Positions 8,299 through 17,960 of a stretch of 64,000 nucleotides of DNA are shown here, piece by piece. Position numbers and translations under genes: made by a program. The notes under the pieces are model-generated. The model was given only the letters and a program-made list of their open reading frames with translations, did no database searches and was not told the DNA's origin. Origin of the DNA: an uncultured delta proteobacterium (GTDB lineage: Bacteria; Bdellovibrionota; FAC87; UBA2466); contig CAVZSV010000004.1 in the NCBI GenBank assembly GCA_963778115.1, forward strand, positions 2,368,001 through 2,432,000. The letters run 5' to 3'. Each line of letters opens with the position of its first letter. The first letter of the stretch is position 1.

Positions 8299-9948
8299 AT
8301 GGCAAGTACGAGCATGAATAAAGATAAGCAAAATATCTTCTGGGTAACGCGACGCCCCGCCCGATTTGAAGCCCAGCGCTTCGAACGGCTATGCCACTTG
8401 CTGGCCCAGCTTGGCTATCTCGTTTCCTGGATCGAAATCCCCTCATCGCTGCCCGCAGCTGAAGTGAATGACTGGCTTCCCCTAAAACTCGAATCTCCCT
8501 GCTGCGCGATCTTTTTTTGCGACAAAGAAATTGAATGGGCGAAGCCTTTGGTCAGTTTGGTCCGAACCAAAGTAGCGGTGACTAACCGATCGGCGGCCCT
8601 TTTTTGGGTTTATGAAGACGTCGATCACAAGCTTCTTGAGCGGATGCCCGGCGTTGGGTTCAATGATTTTTTTCAGGAGTCCATTCGAGCGCATGAATTA
8701 GCGCTTCGCCTAAAACTTCGCGCTCATGAAGCGGAAGAGCGGCGTAAACAGGATGAAGTGATCAAAGAGCAGATGAACCGAATCGCTAAGAACGAAACGG
8801 TGGTCAAACAGCGCGAAGAATTTTTGGGAGTCTGTGCCCACGATTTGCGATCCCCATTGGGGCTAATCCAATCGAGCGCTTCGATGATCTTGAATGCCCA
8901 TAGTGGGAAACATACGCTCACCGTAAACCAACTTGAATTACTGAGCCGAATCAAGCGACAAGCTTCGCAAGGAATAAAGCTAGTTAACGACTTACTTGAC
9001 GTAATGAGTTTTGAGCAGGGGTTTCAACCTAAATACCAACTGATTTCCCTCGATGGATTTTTAAAAGATTTTCATAAAGACTACTCCCAGCAAGCAATAG
9101 AAAAAAAGATTACCTTTGAATATGAGAATGCGGTTCCTGATTGGAGAGTGATGGCCGATTCGGATCGAATCCGTCAAATTCTGCAAAATCTCTTTGCTAA
9201 CGCCATTAAGTTTACGGAAAGCAAGAAGCACATCTACCTTAGAGTGACCCCTTTTATAGGGCGGAGAAAGTCCGATCCTCCCCATCCTATGGTCATTATT
9301 TCCCTTAGAGACGAAGGAAAAGGGATTCCTCCTCGAGAAATGCAGAGATTGTTTGATCGTTTTTCTCAAATCAAAGATCACTCCACTCCCGAGGGCCGAG
9401 GCTTGGGACTCACTGTAGCAAAACAAATTTCTCAGCTTCACGATGGCAATGTGTGGGTGGAGAGCGAAGAGGGAAAGGGATCTACTTTTCATCTGCTTTT
9501 ACCGCACGTCATCAGCCGCCATGGTAAGAACACCGAAGAAAGGGCGGCTAGAACGAAGCCTTTAATTATCGTCGCCGAACCTTCCGAAGAAAGGCGCGAA
9601 CTTTTCTTTCAAGGCATGGAGGCATGGGGATCTCAGGTGGTTTTTGCCAGAGACGGAGTGGAGGCGGTGGCTTTAACTTTCCACCACCTCCCCGATGCGG
9701 TGATACTCACTCCTGACATCACCCGCTTTCAGGTGGATGATGTGCTTGAGGTCTTAAAAGGGAATAAGCTTACCCAAACGATTCCTGTCTTTTTAGCGGC
9801 TTCAGAGAATGAGGACATCAAAGAGAGATTTGATAACCATCTCTTCGATAGAATCTTGAAATTGCCACTCACCCAAAGCGATTTCGAAACAACTCTCAAG
9901 TCGATCGGAAAAAATATCGCCCCTATATCTTCAAGAAAAGCGGCTTAG
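8299..9948 (+). CDS. Cytoplasmic hybrid histidine kinase with degenerate receiver domains
   Basis: H-box CAHDLRSPL, N-box QNLFANAIKFT, G1 DEGKGIP, F-box LFDRFSQ, G2 GRGLGL. The C-terminal receiver-like domain lacks the acceptor Asp (PDAVILTP). No TM segments. Confidence 0.9.
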   Translation: MASTSMNKDKQNIFWVTRRPARFEAQRFERLCHLLAQLGYLVSWIEIPSSLPAAEVNDWLPLKLESPCCAIFFCDKEIEWAKPLVSLVRTKVAVTNRSAALFWVYEDVDHKLLERMPGVGFNDFFQESIRAHELALRLKLRAHEAEERRKQDEVIKEQMNRIAKNETVVKQREEFLGVCAHDLRSPLGLIQSSASMILNAHSGKHTLTVNQLELLSRIKRQASQGIKLVNDLLDVMSFEQGFQPKYQLISLDGFLKDFHKDYSQQAIEKKITFEYENAVPDWRVMADSDRIRQILQNLFANAIKFTESKKHIYLRVTPFIGRRKSDPPHPMVIISLRDEGKGIPPREMQRLFDRFSQIKDHSTPEGRGLGLTVAKQISQLHDGNVWVESEEGKGSTFHLLLPHVISRHGKNTEERAARTKPLIIVAEPSEERRELFFQGMEAWGSQVVFARDGVEAVALTFHHLPDAVILTPDITRFQVDDVLEVLKGNKLTQTIPVFLAASENEDIKERFDNHLFDRILKLPLTQSDFETTLKSIGKNIAPISSRKAA

Positions 9949-9970
9949 CCGACTAAAATAGATCAAAAAT

Positions 9971-10216
9971 CTACTGTCGACATCCCGTGGGATAGCAACG
10001 GAACGAATGTGCTTGGCACAGCGACATTGCGGCAGCTTCCGTTTCCGACTTATCGGTACCGGTCGCGGAATAATATTTTCCAGTAACGCTTCTGGCGCTG
10101 CATGTCCAGGTTCCGGTTTCCTTGATTTGGAAAGAGGCTCTTGGTTCGCTGGCGACGGAAGCGGTGACTGCAAAACCTAAGCATAAGGATAACGCAAGAA
10201 ACGACAACGTTTTCAT
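9971..10216 (-). CDS. Small secreted Cys-containing protein
   Basis: GGAGG/GGAG-type RBS, signal peptide, four Cys in the mature part (WTCSA...EAAAMSLC..HSFRC.PTGC). Confidence 0.75.
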   Translation of the reverse strand: MKTLSFLALSLCLGFAVTASVASEPRASFQIKETGTWTCSARSVTGKYYSATGTDKSETEAAAMSLCQAHSFRCYPTGCRQ

Positions 10217-10321
10217 GGGAGGCTCCTCGAATAGGGTTTATTGGTTATTATGGTACAACAAACACAAACGGCGTAAAGACGGGGTGAGCTACTCTTCGGC
10301 CAGAACTTTAGCTAGACGCGA

Positions 10322-10813
10322 CTAGTTCACAGGTTGAATAGCAAGATTTACATTTGAAAAGCCGGACTCTTGGCAGGTTGCAACAATTCGTCGCACGGCT
10401 CCGAAAGGGATTTTCTTATCACCGACTAAATTAATATTGCCCCCTTTTATTGGGAGTGACTTTAGCCAACTTCTTAGAACTTCGATGGAAAAAGGGCCCT
10501 TGGAAATCTCTTTAATGGAAATCAGAGGTTTGTTCTCCGCATATAGCGTGTCCTGGGTGACCTCTAAAGTCGTTGCTTTAGTCGGCGCTTCAGAGAACTT
10601 TCCCTGCGGCAGTGCCACGACGTGTGACATTTGTAGCCACTGCGTTACGGAAGTAGCGCTAGTTAGAAGATAAATAACCAAAATGGCAAACATGTCGACC
10701 ATCGAGGTCAGCGATAAGGAGATCATACGAATCCGGCGCTCTTTGTGCTTTAGACGATCTTTGCGCTGTCGATTGTAATCGCTAATTTTTAGGCGAGCTT
10801 TTCGTAACGGCAT
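10322..10813 (-). CDS. ExbD/TolR-family protein (AglS-like)
   Basis: LSLTSMVDMFAILVIYLL TM with the conserved Asp; GDKKIPFGAV...GFSNVNLA. Confidence 0.9.
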   Translation of the reverse strand: MPLRKARLKISDYNRQRKDRLKHKERRIRMISLSLTSMVDMFAILVIYLLTSATSVTQWLQMSHVVALPQGKFSEAPTKATTLEVTQDTLYAENKPLISIKEISKGPFSIEVLRSWLKSLPIKGGNINLVGDKKIPFGAVRRIVATCQESGFSNVNLAIQPVN

Positions 10814-10819
10814 ATTGCC

Positions 10820-11278
10820 TCAATTAGTCTTCAGAGCGACTGACCCGAGTCCCCCTGCTTTCACGGTGTCGATCGTTTCAATGACTGCTCCGTAGTCGAC
10901 ATTCTCTTCGCCGGAAATGGCCGCTTCTGTGACGTCTTTCGAAACATTTGCTGAGATCATCGTGTTTAGCAGCGTCTCTTTGTCGTAATGGGACTCTTTG
11001 AGGGGGATGCTTTTGGGAAGAGTTACGTTGGGGGGCCAGGTCAATTCGTAGCCTTGAGCGGTTACGCGAACTTCAAGTCGTTTGCTTTCGGCGGTCGATG
11101 CGATTGGTGCCAGCTTTGACGCTCCTTCCAGTGTCGTCGGGATCACAGATATTTGGGTCCAAACCGCTGTGACGAGCAAGAAAAGAACTAAAGCGCTCAA
11201 TAGGTCGATAAAAGGAACAAGATTGAGTTCGACGTTATTCGTCTTTCCGCGACCACTCTCATTACCAACGCTAGCCAT
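10820..11278 (-). CDS. ExbD/TolR-family protein (AglQ-like)
   Basis: ELNLVPFIDLLSALVLFLL; VDYGAVIETIDTVK. Confidence 0.9.
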   Translation of the reverse strand: MASVGNESGRGKTNNVELNLVPFIDLLSALVLFLLVTAVWTQISVIPTTLEGASKLAPIASTAESKRLEVRVTAQGYELTWPPNVTLPKSIPLKESHYDKETLLNTMISANVSKDVTEAAISGEENVDYGAVIETIDTVKAGGLGSVALKTN

Positions 11279-11280
11279 GA

Positions 11281-11934
11281 CTAGGCTGCCTTTCCCGCAA
11301 CTCCAAAGCGCTCGCGATTGGCCAAGACGAAGTTGAAGGTACGAATGCTAATCTCATTAATATCATCGATAAGTGATTGTGCGCGGCTTTGGAGAATTGA
11401 ATAAAGTAAAACCGCCGGAACTGCCACGATAAGTCCAAAGGCCGTGCAGTTCATGGCTTCAGAGATTCCCTTGGTCAGGGTAGCGGCCTTGGTCGCAGGA
11501 TCGCTACTGGCAATTCCGGCGAAACTTTGAATGAGACCAGTAATCGTTCCTAAAAGGCCCATCAAAGTTGCTACGTTTCCTATGACGGCTAGATATCCAA
11601 TCCTTTTTTCGATCTTGGGAACTTCTATCATGGCCCCTTCATCGAGAGCCGCTTGAATTTCGGCATCGGTCCCGTGATTTACTAGTCTTAGCAAACAGCT
11701 CTTAATCACATTCGACATGGGAGCTTGATTTTGATCGCAGACCAAAAGCATTCCGTTGAAATCACCTTTGAGCAGATAGGTGGTTAGACTCTTGAAAAAG
11801 TGTTCTTTATTCAGATTAACCCGAAAAAAGAGGGTAAAAAATCTCTCCAAAGTAATGGCCACCATGGTGAGTCCCAGTAAGAGAATGGGATACATCATCA
11901 GACCGCCTTCTTGAAAGGAACGATAAATGAACAA
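11281..11934 (-). CDS. MotA/TolQ/ExbB proton channel (AglR-like)
   Basis: GGLMMYPI, NVATLMGLLGTITGLIQSF and GISEAMNCTAFGLIVAVP motifs. TTG start after GGAGG. Confidence 0.92.
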   Translation of the reverse strand: MFIYRSFQEGGLMMYPILLLGLTMVAITLERFFTLFFRVNLNKEHFFKSLTTYLLKGDFNGMLLVCDQNQAPMSNVIKSCLLRLVNHGTDAEIQAALDEGAMIEVPKIEKRIGYLAVIGNVATLMGLLGTITGLIQSFAGIASSDPATKAATLTKGISEAMNCTAFGLIVAVPAVLLYSILQSRAQSLIDDINEISIRTFNFVLANRERFGVAGKAA

Positions 11935-12076
11935 GACTCACCTCCGTGAAATCGGTACAGGGAAAAGAAGATTAGGAAAAACTAAGACAGAAAGTTGCTA
12001 AATGGGCGATGGCTTTGTCGATAAATCTCTGATTCGTGACAAAAACTATTTTATCAGGAACTACACTCCGGAGCTA

Positions 12077-13429
12077 CTACTGGCTATTACCGGTAGATTC
12101 AAAAGAAAAGGGATACTCCACACTGACGCGTCCTGCTTGGGGCTTTGGGAAGCTCCAACTTTTGATCTCGGCTAAGACGCAGTGGTTCACAGTCTCGTTC
12201 TTTAAACTGTCCTCCGTGATGCGGGCGGAAACGACCTGCCCCCATTTTCCAATCATAAATGCCACCGTGATTTTTCCTGCTAGTCCGGGAGAGGAATTGA
12301 GCTGGCGTTCGTAGCATAGCCGAACCCGTTCCTGTCGACGTTTCACCACCGAGTCGATGACATTGCGATCTAACCCCGCTCCATCGCTTCCATTCCCGCC
12401 TCTCGCCAAACCGGTGGAGGAAGCTAATTGGGAATCTCCGCCGATAGCTATTTTGCCGGTTCCCTCAAAACTACCCTGCCCTTGGCCAGAGGTCTGTCCA
12501 ATTCCTTCTGCTCTACTGTCTGCTCCACGGCGCAAACTATCGCTCGAAAAACCCGTAGATCCCGAAGCGCTCGGTACTGCCGCAAGAGCGTCATCACTGT
12601 TTGCCCTTCGGCTCCCCGGGGCAGTTGCTTGCAAAGAAGATAAGCCAGAGACCAGGCTTCCTAAGTTCGTATCTCTTAGCTGCGCCGCGGTGTCTAAAGC
12701 CTTCGGCGGTGCCGGAGGTGCTTTAAATCTCTGGACAGGGGCCGCTTTCTTTTTGGGGGCCGCGTTTGCGGGAGTCACAATTTTTTTTGGCGCTGCTACC
12801 GGTGCTGGGACGGGCGGTGGTTTGACGACGGCGGGAGCGGGTGGTCTGGGGGCTTCATAAGGCAAAATCTTAACGATGCGATCGGCGGGGGGCGCAATCT
12901 GAGACGCCGGGGGCAATTTGTCATGAACAAAAACCATGAGTAAAGCGAGAAGACAAATACTTCCCAAGAGCAAAGCTCCGCTGGGGGTTTCAATGGGTTT
13001 CGACCGTGCGATCGGATGGCGGTAGTGAACCCAGTCGACATAAAAGCTAAGAAATCCGAAAGAGACGTCAATTTCGTCTTCTTGCGTAAATGGGTAGCGC
13101 TGTAGTGCAGCCGTCGAGTTCTCTGAGAGATTTCTCAGTGAGGTGATCTGCTTCCCCCTGCGAATGTGTCCAGCGATGGAAGGGGTAAAAGTGAGCTCCG
13201 CGGTTCCATCCTTTTTAAAGCGGATCATCTCCCATTGTTCCGAGGGAAAAGTTTGGTCGAGATCGGCGATAAAGGAATTTTGGGATCTCTTTCCGACCGT
13301 AATCGTGTCTTTCGGAGAGAAAATGGACGTATCGTATAAGATATCGCCCCAATACATCCGAACTCTCAGTCCCGTTTCGGGGATAGATCGTTGCTTAAAA
13401 TTGTCCAGCGCTTTTGATGATCTGATCAT
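12077..13429 (-). CDS. GltG/AgmX-PglI-like TonB-C-terminal-domain protein
   Basis: Cytoplasmic N-domain, single TM, Pro/Ala- and Gly-rich linker, C-terminal VRLCYERQL..PGLAGKITVAF...C.....SWSFPKP...VEYPF. Confidence 0.85.
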   Translation of the reverse strand: MIRSSKALDNFKQRSIPETGLRVRMYWGDILYDTSIFSPKDTITVGKRSQNSFIADLDQTFPSEQWEMIRFKKDGTAELTFTPSIAGHIRRGKQITSLRNLSENSTAALQRYPFTQEDEIDVSFGFLSFYVDWVHYRHPIARSKPIETPSGALLLGSICLLALLMVFVHDKLPPASQIAPPADRIVKILPYEAPRPPAPAVVKPPPVPAPVAAPKKIVTPANAAPKKKAAPVQRFKAPPAPPKALDTAAQLRDTNLGSLVSGLSSLQATAPGSRRANSDDALAAVPSASGSTGFSSDSLRRGADSRAEGIGQTSGQGQGSFEGTGKIAIGGDSQLASSTGLARGGNGSDGAGLDRNVIDSVVKRRQERVRLCYERQLNSSPGLAGKITVAFMIGKWGQVVSARITEDSLKNETVNHCVLAEIKSWSFPKPQAGRVSVEYPFSFESTGNSQ

Positions 13430-13691
13430 TGAAGTCTTCCGGAATTTCTACAATCTGTTCGTTCTGCAGGTTATCTCTTTGATACGTATAGTTTAGCTCG
13501 GGCTTCATAAGGTGTCCTCTGAGCTTCAAGCTAGAAAATTTGTAATTTTGGGCTCCGTTCGCCGAGTTAGGATCCGGGCTCGTTTTATCGGAGCTCTTGG
13601 GATACTTGGTATTCACGTTGGGTTTATCCGCGGAGCAAGTCACGGACACCGAAACCAACACCATCAGAATAGACAGTAAGTAGCGCTTCAT
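13395..13691 (-). CDS. GltF/CglF-like small exported protein
   Basis: Signal peptide and C-terminal F..L.L.G.L.KPE..Y...R......I..IPEDF...I..S resembling CglF/GltF. Sits between the TPR gene and the gltG-like gene. ATGA overlap at 13688-13691. Confidence 0.7.
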   Translation of the reverse strand: MKRYLLSILMVLVSVSVTCSADKPNVNTKYPKSSDKTSPDPNSANGAQNYKFSSLKLRGHLMKPELNYTYQRDNLQNEQIVEIPEDFNDQIIKSAGQF

Positions 13692-16600
13692 GACTTGGTC
13701 CACTCTTTCACCATCGTTTTTAGTTGTAAGTTGCTATCAAAGACTCCCGCTTCAAGAGCTTGGGTGAGCGCTTTCATGGCCGGAGTGAAGCGTCCTCCTT
13801 TTAACTGGTAGACGCCAAGATTTGCCCAAGCGTAACTTGCTCCGACCTGGGCAGCGTGTTCAAACACGGAAGCCAGGTTTCTTCCTTCCGGCGTGCCCTC
13901 TTGTAGTACCGCCGACATGTTAAGCAGTCTTCCCGAATTGGGAAACCGGTTTAGAGCGTCCATCACGGTCAAGCGGCAAAGGCCGTACTGCTTCTGCTCG
14001 CATCGGGTGCGCGCCAGTGAGTACCATGAAGCTTCGTCTCCGGGGGTCGATCCCGTGAGATTACTCTTAATGAGGGCAGCTTCTGTTTCGACTACGGGTG
14101 CGGATTCGGCCCAAGGATAGTGTCCACGAAGCACTTCCAGAAAAGCCCTCGCTTTCTGAGCTAGAATCGGGTCCCATTCCCACCCCCAGGTCTGATTGAC
14201 ACGACGAAAATTGGGGCCGTCATGTTCCGCCTCCATGCTCTTTCTGATGCATTCTTCGCCGAGCGACTTTGCCTTGGCGGCAACCGGAGTTGCTATCTTT
14301 CGAATTTCCTTTCGCACGGAATCGGATGCGGTGAATGCAAGTTCATCTAACGATTTGGCATAAGCGTCGTAAAGGAAAGGGACAGCACAGAAAGCTTCAA
14401 AGGCCGTATCTTCGCTTACTTTAGGATCGCTTGATGCCCCGAACAATTCTTTAGAGAGGGCCTCCAGCTTTCTACCACCGGAAGCAATCCTCTCAGGCAG
14501 TGAGCCGCTAGAAGGCAAAGGCGATTTTTGGTACGCCGCTTGCTCTTGAAAAACTCTCTCCCATTGGGGAGGCACCGAGGCAACACCGCGTCCCTCTCTA
14601 AAGTGAAGGCGAGAAAGGCCTCGTTTGGCTTCGACAACACCTCCGGGAGTTGCTCTCGCTGCATTTTGTAAATAGTCATGAAAATAAAGTTCAGCGTCGG
14701 ACCACTTCCCTCCCGCTTCCGAGATGAGTGCGGTGTTTAGGCGCGCTTGCTCAAAAGCCTCCGGAGAGGATTGTCGGTCCGACCGCAACATTTCTAGGAG
14801 CAAGGGATAAGCGGAGACGTAGTCGCCAGCTTCTTGGAGGATTGCGGCTCTCGACCCAGCGATTTGGCTTAGTCCCTCGTAAGAGGGAAAGAGTTGCTCT
14901 AAACGATTGGCTACTTGTAGTGCATCCCACCGGTGATTGACCTTCTGGTATCTCAGAAAAGCATTGTAATAGCTCTTTGCCCAAATCGACTGCATATCGG
15001 GCTCTTTGGTCACGTCTAAGTAGAGGCCTGCAGCGGTGACATCGTCTTTCGTATTCTCCGCCCATAAAAAGAGAGATTCGCGGCGGATCGTTTTTAGATC
15101 ATCGGCATAAGCTTGCATTCCCGGCATCCGACGTGCGGACATCTCTTTTGCCCATTGGTAAGTCGATTCCCAATCCTTTTTCTTGTAGTAGGCGACGCGG
15201 AGATTTTGGAAGGCCTTTTTTGCATAACTGTCGTTAGGATTATAGTCGAAGACGAACTGACTTTCGGTGACTCCCTTAGCGTCTTGATTGTATTTAAAGT
15301 AAATGGCTGATCCCAGGTAAGTGATTGGGCGGATGTATTTAGAGTTGGGATAGGACCCTTTGTAAATAGCGATGTCTTGCAGGATCTCGGCGGCTGGAGC
15401 CGATAAAGTGTTAGTCGTGACTTTTTCCCTGTCATCTATTTTTTCGAGAGCCTGAATGAGATTACGGAGCGATTCTTCGCGCACGGAGGCCTCTAATACG
15501 GCATTAAACCGATTCCAGTGATTTCGAAATGCCGTAACCGCACCCTCGTAGTCGTGGGTCTTCAGTAACAACGAAGCGTGGTGGTACAACGGCCCTTCGG
15601 ATCCGGGCCACGCGGAGAAGGTGGAAAGATATAGTTCGTCTATCTCACCTAGAAACGCTAAGTCTGCCGCTTCCTTTGAATTTTGAAATTCGGCGTGAGC
15701 CGTGGTTACAACCTCCCTCAATACCTTTTCTGTTTTACCTGGAGGTTTTTCTTCAGTAGTGGCTTCTGACAGCTGCGGACGATAATTATCCACAAGCTGT
15801 CTCATCGAAAGCATGACATTAGGCCACTCGCGCAATTTATAGTAACCGGTCACAATAGCGGTGGCATAACTAAGATTGTCGGAATTATTGGGATCCGAAG
15901 TGATTAAATACCGATAAAGTTCAGCCGACTTGTCATATTGACCCGAATTATCTAACTGCTTTGCCAGATCGATAATCCAGGGTGCGGTCTCACCTTTCAT
16001 GAACTTTTGAAAATACTCAGGCGCTTTGTGAGAATCCCCTACTTCCGCATAGATTGAGATCAGATCACGTTTAGCCTCTCGCTGCAAAGCCGATAACGCT
16101 TCCGACTTTTCCCATTGGTCAGACCAAGCTACGGCCTGCTCGAGAGATTGCAGAGCTTTGGGGAAGTCATTTCGTTCATAAGCACACCACCCCAGCTTAT
16201 AGAGTGTGTAGCCTATAAGATTGGAGTCACTAAAACTAAGGATTTTCTTATAGTACCCTTCGGCAATGGCAGTATTACCCTTATCAAAAGCGTCGTCGGC
16301 CAAAATGCGATACGCATCTGCGGTTCTTGAATGGGTAGGGTAGGCCTTCACAAAATTTTGCAGGTCTTGGATGCCAAGATTTTCCTGACCGAGTTTCATC
16401 TCCGCAAACCCGGCAAGGAAAAGAGCTCCCGCATAATTCTTAAATCTAGGAGCATTCTGTACGATGTCTTGGGCGATGCGAAGTGCCCGGCGCTGGTAGC
16501 CTGAAGCTTTTTCATTGTCGGGAGCGGATCCGTTTTTTGCGGCGAGCGTGCTTTCCGCTCCGCTAAGTTCCCAGAGAAGCTCTGCTTGGCGGAATTCTAA

Positions 16601-17929
16601 AGTGAGATGTCGCGTTTTTGTCTTGGCAATAGCTTCATCGACTTCACTAACCGAATCTTGCAAGAGTTCCGCTAGTTCGGTGTCCAGTTTGAGTTTCGTT
16701 TTATCGCTTAAAGAACCGCTCTGTCTGGAAATGTTTCTTAATTGTTCTCGATCGGTCAGATAGGTTTCCGCTTTAATGAGTTTTGCTTGGACATACAGTT
16801 GCTCTAGCTTTAGCTGCAACTCGTTGACCTTTGCTTCCGTGGTTTGGGCGAGCTTTGCTTTAGCTGTTTGAAGTAGGGGTTCTAAATTTTCCGCGAGGAA
16901 ACTAAAGACGGGGTAGGGTCGATGATCCGAAGTTTGTAATCTCTCAATCTCTTTCTGTAAGGACTCGATATAACGATTTAACGAAGCAATTTTGAAATCC
17001 GTCGTGAGAGTCCCTTGGATGAAGTCGGGAAACACAGAGCTATCTTGTGAAGTGGAGAACTTTTCTACTGAGGTCTTAGCCTTTTCGTATTGAGAAATAA
17101 AGCGATCGATCTCTCTTCGAGAATCTTCCGTTTTTCCTAAGTCAGCCAGGATAAGTGCTCGAATCGATCGTGCTTGAATTGCCTCAATGGAGTGATCGGA
17201 GTCGATTAACGGTGAGGTCAGCTGAAGGGCCTCTGGGAACCGTTTGAGCTGCACTATCGTCCATATTTTTTCAACACTGGAACGGGAGAAATTGGGGGAG
17301 TTCGCCGGAATCGAGTTATAAAAGGAGAGGGCTTTATCGTATTGATGGGTGGCGTAGGCTACTCTTGCTAAACCCAATTGGGCGAGTTCACGAAGAGTTT
17401 GCGCCTGCTGAGCCACGTTAGCCGTGGCAAGCTGGGCGGCTTTGGCTCCCCAATCACTCTTCGCTAGGGGGTTAGTGACAGGAGGCGTCGTTAGAATTTT
17501 ACTAAACTCGCTGTTGGCTTCGTCGTACTTTTTAGCGGCTACCGCAGTTGAGCCTAGTAAATAATGGGTCGCATTTTCCGCCCGGAGTTGATCCATCTTA
17601 TCCGGAAGATTAGTCAATGGCACCCACCCTCGGAAGATAGCGCTAAGTTCGGCCAGACGATCGTTACCTTGCGGAACATTGGCCCACTGTTCCCTGGGGA
17701 TTCGCTTTAAGAAAAACAGAGCGGAATGGGGAAGATCTAATTGGAAGAGCGCTCTTGCTCCTTCCCACTTCGCGGTGTTCTGTCTAATGTCGTGGATAAG
17801 AATCTCATGGGCGGTTTCAGCCGCCTGTTCCCACTGATTCTTAGAACTGGCACTTTCGAGATCTTGAACCGTGGGAGTCGCGTAAGCAGAGAGGGCCGCT
17901 AATAGCGGCAGGGTCAGCAGTAGCTTCAT
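13688..17929 (-). CDS. Large exported TPR protein (GltD/AgmU-like, possibly fused to GltC- and GltE-like regions)
   Basis: Signal peptide, many TPR-like repeats (e.g. YTLYKLGWCAY), coiled-coil segment, operon position upstream of gltF/gltG-like genes. Confidence 0.8.
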   Translation of the reverse strand: MKLLLTLPLLAALSAYATPTVQDLESASSKNQWEQAAETAHEILIHDIRQNTAKWEGARALFQLDLPHSALFFLKRIPREQWANVPQGNDRLAELSAIFRGWVPLTNLPDKMDQLRAENATHYLLGSTAVAAKKYDEANSEFSKILTTPPVTNPLAKSDWGAKAAQLATANVAQQAQTLRELAQLGLARVAYATHQYDKALSFYNSIPANSPNFSRSSVEKIWTIVQLKRFPEALQLTSPLIDSDHSIEAIQARSIRALILADLGKTEDSRREIDRFISQYEKAKTSVEKFSTSQDSSVFPDFIQGTLTTDFKIASLNRYIESLQKEIERLQTSDHRPYPVFSFLAENLEPLLQTAKAKLAQTTEAKVNELQLKLEQLYVQAKLIKAETYLTDREQLRNISRQSGSLSDKTKLKLDTELAELLQDSVSEVDEAIAKTKTRHLTLEFRQAELLWELSGAESTLAAKNGSAPDNEKASGYQRRALRIAQDIVQNAPRFKNYAGALFLAGFAEMKLGQENLGIQDLQNFVKAYPTHSRTADAYRILADDAFDKGNTAIAEGYYKKILSFSDSNLIGYTLYKLGWCAYERNDFPKALQSLEQAVAWSDQWEKSEALSALQREAKRDLISIYAEVGDSHKAPEYFQKFMKGETAPWIIDLAKQLDNSGQYDKSAELYRYLITSDPNNSDNLSYATAIVTGYYKLREWPNVMLSMRQLVDNYRPQLSEATTEEKPPGKTEKVLREVVTTAHAEFQNSKEAADLAFLGEIDELYLSTFSAWPGSEGPLYHHASLLLKTHDYEGAVTAFRNHWNRFNAVLEASVREESLRNLIQALEKIDDREKVTTNTLSAPAAEILQDIAIYKGSYPNSKYIRPITYLGSAIYFKYNQDAKGVTESQFVFDYNPNDSYAKKAFQNLRVAYYKKKDWESTYQWAKEMSARRMPGMQAYADDLKTIRRESLFLWAENTKDDVTAAGLYLDVTKEPDMQSIWAKSYYNAFLRYQKVNHRWDALQVANRLEQLFPSYEGLSQIAGSRAAILQEAGDYVSAYPLLLEMLRSDRQSSPEAFEQARLNTALISEAGGKWSDAELYFHDYLQNAARATPGGVVEAKRGLSRLHFREGRGVASVPPQWERVFQEQAAYQKSPLPSSGSLPERIASGGRKLEALSKELFGASSDPKVSEDTAFEAFCAVPFLYDAYAKSLDELAFTASDSVRKEIRKIATPVAAKAKSLGEECIRKSMEAEHDGPNFRRVNQTWGWEWDPILAQKARAFLEVLRGHYPWAESAPVVETEAALIKSNLTGSTPGDEASWYSLARTRCEQKQYGLCRLTVMDALNRFPNSGRLLNMSAVLQEGTPEGRNLASVFEHAAQVGASYAWANLGVYQLKGGRFTPAMKALTQALEAGVFDSNLQLKTMVKEWTKS

Positions 17930-17960
17930 GATTTAAGCTCTTAGTAATGTTTTGAAAAAC

